64,000 bases of DNA from Calothrix sp. NIES-2098 (GTDB lineage: Bacteria > Cyanobacteriota > Cyanobacteriia > Cyanobacteriales > Nostocaceae), in contig AP018172.1 of assembly GCA_002368175.1 (NCBI GenBank), positions 285,599 to 349,598 of the forward strand, given 5' to 3'. The number at the start of each line of letters is the position of its first letter. The first letter of the stretch is position 1. Under the pieces are notes generated by a model. That model was given only the letters and a program-made list of their open reading frames with translations. It searched no databases and was not told where the DNA came from. The position numbers were made by a program, and so were the translations under genes. Shown here one piece after another: positions 60,932 to 64,000 of this stretch.

Positions 60932-62677
60932 TTAAGATTTCTCCCGCCGATAATTAGCAGCTTGCAATAAAAGAGATTCTGCAAAAGCGATCGCATCTGT
61001 CGCCGATTTCCCCCCAGCTAACTGCGCTAATTCATCCCGGCGAGTTGTTAAATTATCCAAAGCAGTAACGCGCACCACAGTACGCTGTTCGCTACTGCCA
61101 TTGTTAGCTTTATTACCTTTGCTTTGATTAATAATTTGCTTATCTACCCGGAAATGCCTATCTGCCATCGCCGCTACTAATGGTTGGTGTGTAACACATA
61201 ATACCTGGTGGCTTTGACTCAACTGGTGTAATTTTTCCGCGATCGCTTGGGCGACTCTTCCGGAGACACCCACATCAATTTCATCAAATACCATTGTCCC
61301 TGCGCCATCTGCTTGAGAAACACAAGCTTTCAGCGCTAGTAAAAAGCGGCTCATTTCCCCTCCAGAGGCAATTTCGCTTAAAGGTTGCAGCGGTTCGCCG
61401 GGGTTAGGACTAAACATAAATGTAATTTTGTCCGCACCAGTAGCAGTTGGGGCAATAGGTACAATATCTACTTTAAATTGCACCTTTTCCATTGCTAGGG
61501 GTTTGAGTTCAGCTATCAACCTTGCTTCTAAATCGTTAGCGGCTGTCCGACGCAATTGAGTTAACTTATGACAAGCTTGAGTCAGTTTTGCTAAACTTGC
61601 TTGTTCTTGCTGTTCTAAACTTTCGATAGATTGTTCGCTGTTGTTGAGTTCGGCTAATTCACCTTGGATTTTTTGATAGTAAGCGATCGCTTCTTGTAAT
61701 GTCGGGCCATATTTCCGACAAACTTGCTTTAATTCACGAATTCTTTCTTCTACTTCTTCTAATCGCTGCGGATCTGCTTCTAAATCTTCGCCATAAGCAT
61801 TAATTTGTCTAGCTACTTCCATTAATGTAGCTTGGGCATCCCTGACTAAATCTAACAGCGGTTGCAGTTGGGAATCGTACTCCACCATGTCATTTAAGGT
61901 GGCTTCGCTGTCTCCCAATAAATCTGCGGCGGCTGGGGCTTCGTTATCATTTTGATACAAAGCTTGATAGATTTTGTAACTCATCTGTTGCAGATCTACT
62001 ACATGATTCAGCCGTTCCCGTTCTTGTAATAGCTGCTCTAATTCATTAGGATCGTTGAGGTTGACTGCTCCCAATTCCTGAACTTGATAAGTGAGTAAAT
62101 CCAGTTGTTGCAACCGTTCCCGTTCTGAGGTACGGCGTTTTTCTAATGCTAGATGTGCTTGTTGATACGTAGAAAAAGCAGTAGCGATCGCTTGACGCTG
62201 CTGCATAAGAGAATCGCCACCATGTAAATCCAACCAATCGCGGACTTGGGCGGATTGTCCCACTTGTACAGTTTGACCTTGGGCAGTAATTTCCACCAAG
62301 CGATCGCGCAGTCCTCCCATCATCTGCCGATTCACCAACACGCCATTTATCCGCGATCTACTCCGGACATTACTAGCAGTGGCAGCAATTTCTCGACTGA
62401 TAACTACAGAGTTTTCGTCTATCGAATCAATTTCTTGTTCGTTCAACCAAGCCGCTAAGGTAGCGTTAGATTTAAAAGTAGCTTCTACCATCGCCCGACT
62501 CGTGCCGGTACGAATGACGCGACTAGATACCTTACCTCCAAGGGCAGCATCAATCGCATCCAATATAATCGATTTTCCCGCGCCAGTTTCACCTGTTAAT
62601 ACGTTCAATCCAGCGCCAAATTCCAGTTCCAGTTGGTCAATTAGAGCAAAGTTTTCAATTCGCAGGCAAAGCAACAT
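60932..62677 (-). CDS. recN: DNA repair protein RecN
   Basis: MLLCLRIENFALIDQLELEFGAGLNVLTGETGAGKSI N-terminal Walker A, long coiled coil, and C-terminal signature GGEMSRFLLAL and FDEIDVGVSG. The start is at the internal ATG 62677; the track ORF extends to 62719. Confidence 0.85.
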   Translation of the reverse strand: MLLCLRIENFALIDQLELEFGAGLNVLTGETGAGKSIILDAIDAALGGKVSSRVIRTGTSRAMVEATFKSNATLAAWLNEQEIDSIDENSVVISREIAATASNVRSRSRINGVLVNRQMMGGLRDRLVEITAQGQTVQVGQSAQVRDWLDLHGGDSLMQQRQAIATAFSTYQQAHLALEKRRTSERERLQQLDLLTYQVQELGAVNLNDPNELEQLLQERERLNHVVDLQQMSYKIYQALYQNDNEAPAAADLLGDSEATLNDMVEYDSQLQPLLDLVRDAQATLMEVARQINAYGEDLEADPQRLEEVEERIRELKQVCRKYGPTLQEAIAYYQKIQGELAELNNSEQSIESLEQQEQASLAKLTQACHKLTQLRRTAANDLEARLIAELKPLAMEKVQFKVDIVPIAPTATGADKITFMFSPNPGEPLQPLSEIASGGEMSRFLLALKACVSQADGAGTMVFDEIDVGVSGRVAQAIAEKLHQLSQSHQVLCVTHQPLVAAMADRHFRVDKQIINQSKGNKANNGSSEQRTVVRVTALDNLTTRRDELAQLAGGKSATDAIAFAESLLLQAANYRREKS

Positions 62678-63300
62678 CAAGCCAAATTCTCCATGTAGGC
62701 AGATGCCGAATACTTCCAACTTTTAGGGCTAGGCATGAGCGTTTAGCAACCAGCATGACCCACTACTATAGAAGTAACAGGCCCATTTAAGTGTAACAAA
62801 CCTAGTGCCGCTACGCGGAAGTTAACAGGGCTTGCACAAAATATCGCTCCATATCTCATTGCTTCGAGTCCCTTTAGCCTACCCTGCGGGAACGCCTCTG
62901 GCGAATGCGGTTTGTTAACTTAGTTTTTGATGTGTGAAGTGTAGTTGGCTTGGTAGTAACTACCGTACATGCTGAGAGTACAACCGTGGCACAAATAAAG
63001 ATACCATTGAAAATAGTACAAAAGTCTATTGTAAAAGTCTTTTGGCGTTTCACTCCTGTTGTTTCCCCAACGAAAACTGCTGTGATGGTTAAACAACAAT
63101 TTTTTCTCAAAATTAAGCGATCGCAGCAAATATAGTGCTTTGCTATTATTACAATCCAATTTCTGGAGTGAGAGGAAACTGGAACAGATAAATCCCGATC
63201 GCCTTTAAGCAAATCACTTCCTCTCAAATCATCAGGGTGCTTGATGCTAAACATATTGTTACAATGCTTAACATAATCAATTCGACCGGTGGCATTCTTC

Positions 63301-64000
63301 ATGATTGTGAAAACACTTCCCCCAACTTCCCGACCGATCGAGGAGGACAATGGCGGTAGCAACAACCGCCCTAAAGATCTATCCGTTGCTGAAGTCGTGT
63401 CAGAAAATGGCACACAAGCCTTGGTTGTAAAATCGCCAAGATTGATAGCAGCCCAACAACAAATAGCTTTGACAATCCCAGTTGAAACTGAGATGACGCG
63501 TTACGATGCAGGAGAGATTGCGGCGCATTATGAACAAAGACCCCTACAAGTTTTTGGGCGGATTCTTGCTATTTTAGGGCCAACTCTCTCCTTTGCTTTT
63601 GGGTTGTGGTGGGACAGCAAACGGGGAATTGTGGTGAAAAATGACCGCCGCCGCGCTGCACAACTTCGAGAATTATTAACGCGGCTGGGGCCGGCGTATA
63701 TCAAAATTGGGCAAGCTTTATCGACTAGACCGGATTTAGTTCCGCCCGCATTCTTAGAAGAACTCACCAAGCTACAAGACCAATTACCGCCTTTTCCTAA
63801 CGAAATTGCTTACCAGTTTATTGAAGAAGAACTCGGCGCACCGCCCGATGAAATTTATACAGAACTTTCACCAGAACCGATTGCGGCTGCTTCTTTGGGG
63901 CAAGTTTACAAAGGTAAGCTAAAAACTGGTGAAGAAGTAGCAGTCAAAGTTCAGCGTCCTGACTTAAAAGAAACAATTACTATTGATTTATATATTTTAC
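63301..64000 (+). CDS. ABC1/UbiB-family atypical kinase (5' portion, runs off the window)
   Basis: LGPAYIKIGQALSTRPDLVP and AAASLGQVYKGKL...VAVKVQRP are ABC1 motifs. There is no stop before the window end. Confidence 0.65.
   Translation, partial: MIVKTLPPTSRPIEEDNGGSNNRPKDLSVAEVVSENGTQALVVKSPRLIAAQQQIALTIPVETEMTRYDAGEIAAHYEQRPLQVFGRILAILGPTLSFAFGLWWDSKRGIVVKNDRRRAAQLRELLTRLGPAYIKIGQALSTRPDLVPPAFLEELTKLQDQLPPFPNEIAYQFIEEELGAPPDEIYTELSPEPIAAASLGQVYKGKLKTGEEVAVKVQRPDLKETITIDLYIL

Noticed and set aside
62874-63413. 179-aa minus-strand ORF between recN and the ABC1 kinase gene
   Set aside because: Low-complexity sequence with no recognisable motif. It overlaps the 5' end of the ABC1 kinase gene on the other strand and the likely promoter region, so it is probably spurious.
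1-64000. Very frequent GCGATCGC palindromes as candidate regulatory or mobile sites
   Set aside because: This is the HIP1 element, dispersed genome-wide in many cyanobacteria. It is a taxonomic signature, not a locus-specific feature.
1-64000. tRNA/rRNA genes and IS/transposase genes
   Set aside because: I scanned the intergenic regions by eye (1-588, 1816-2130, 3013-4566, 44923-45558, 49074-50074, 58143-59026) for T-loop (GTTCGAATC-like) and cloverleaf patterns and for transposase-like ORFs, and found none I could support. A covariance-model scan would be definitive.

Overview
This 64-kb window is from a cyanobacterial chromosome, probably a filamentous Nostocales-type genome; this is an inference from the very frequent HIP1 octamer GCGATCGC, about 40% GC, and MASE1/multi-PAS hybrid kinases. 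I found no rRNA, tRNA, CRISPR array or transposase. The window has four parts. (1) 589-3012: a sucC/sucD-like pair. (2) 3013-4566: a 1.5-kb AT-rich non-coding gap. (3) 4567-34354: a roughly 30-kb block of same-strand Wzx/Wzy-type polysaccharide genes. It contains a CapD-like dehydratase, Wzx, an FkbM methyltransferase, four GT4 glycosyltransferases, a Wzy-like polymerase, an initiating sugar transferase and a Wzc BY-kinase. It also contains an unusual tailoring set: a fold-III PLP decarboxylase, an ATP-grasp ligase and two NeuD/PglD-like hexapeptide acyltransferases; a Tat-signal DUF362 protein; a 1537-aa NRPS-like protein with formyltransferase, partial C domain, an A domain with a luciferase-like monooxygenase inserted between A4 and A5, and a PCP; a secreted Calx-beta protein; an MBL-fold::Rieske fusion; and a DegT aminotransferase with a decayed copy of its 5' end 1.8 kb upstream. 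A convergent UDP-glucuronate-4-epimerase-like gene and three sensor kinases plus a TPR protein follow. (4) 45.5-57.7 kb: two candidate nucleic-acid or conflict modules. The first is an XPB-like helicase, a Bax1/DUF790-like gene and an opposing PD-(D/E)XK nuclease. The second is five same-strand genes: SWIM zinc finger, a 462-aa unknown, a VWA protein, a MoxR-like AAA+ ATPase and a 940-aa unknown. The five-gene cluster is punctuated by a family of GC-rich intergenic hairpin repeats, and its function is uncharacterised. The window ends with small hypotheticals, an HD-domain protein, an S4 protein, recN and the 5' part of an ABC1/UbiB kinase. All calls rest on reading the supplied translations and DNA by eye; no searches were run.
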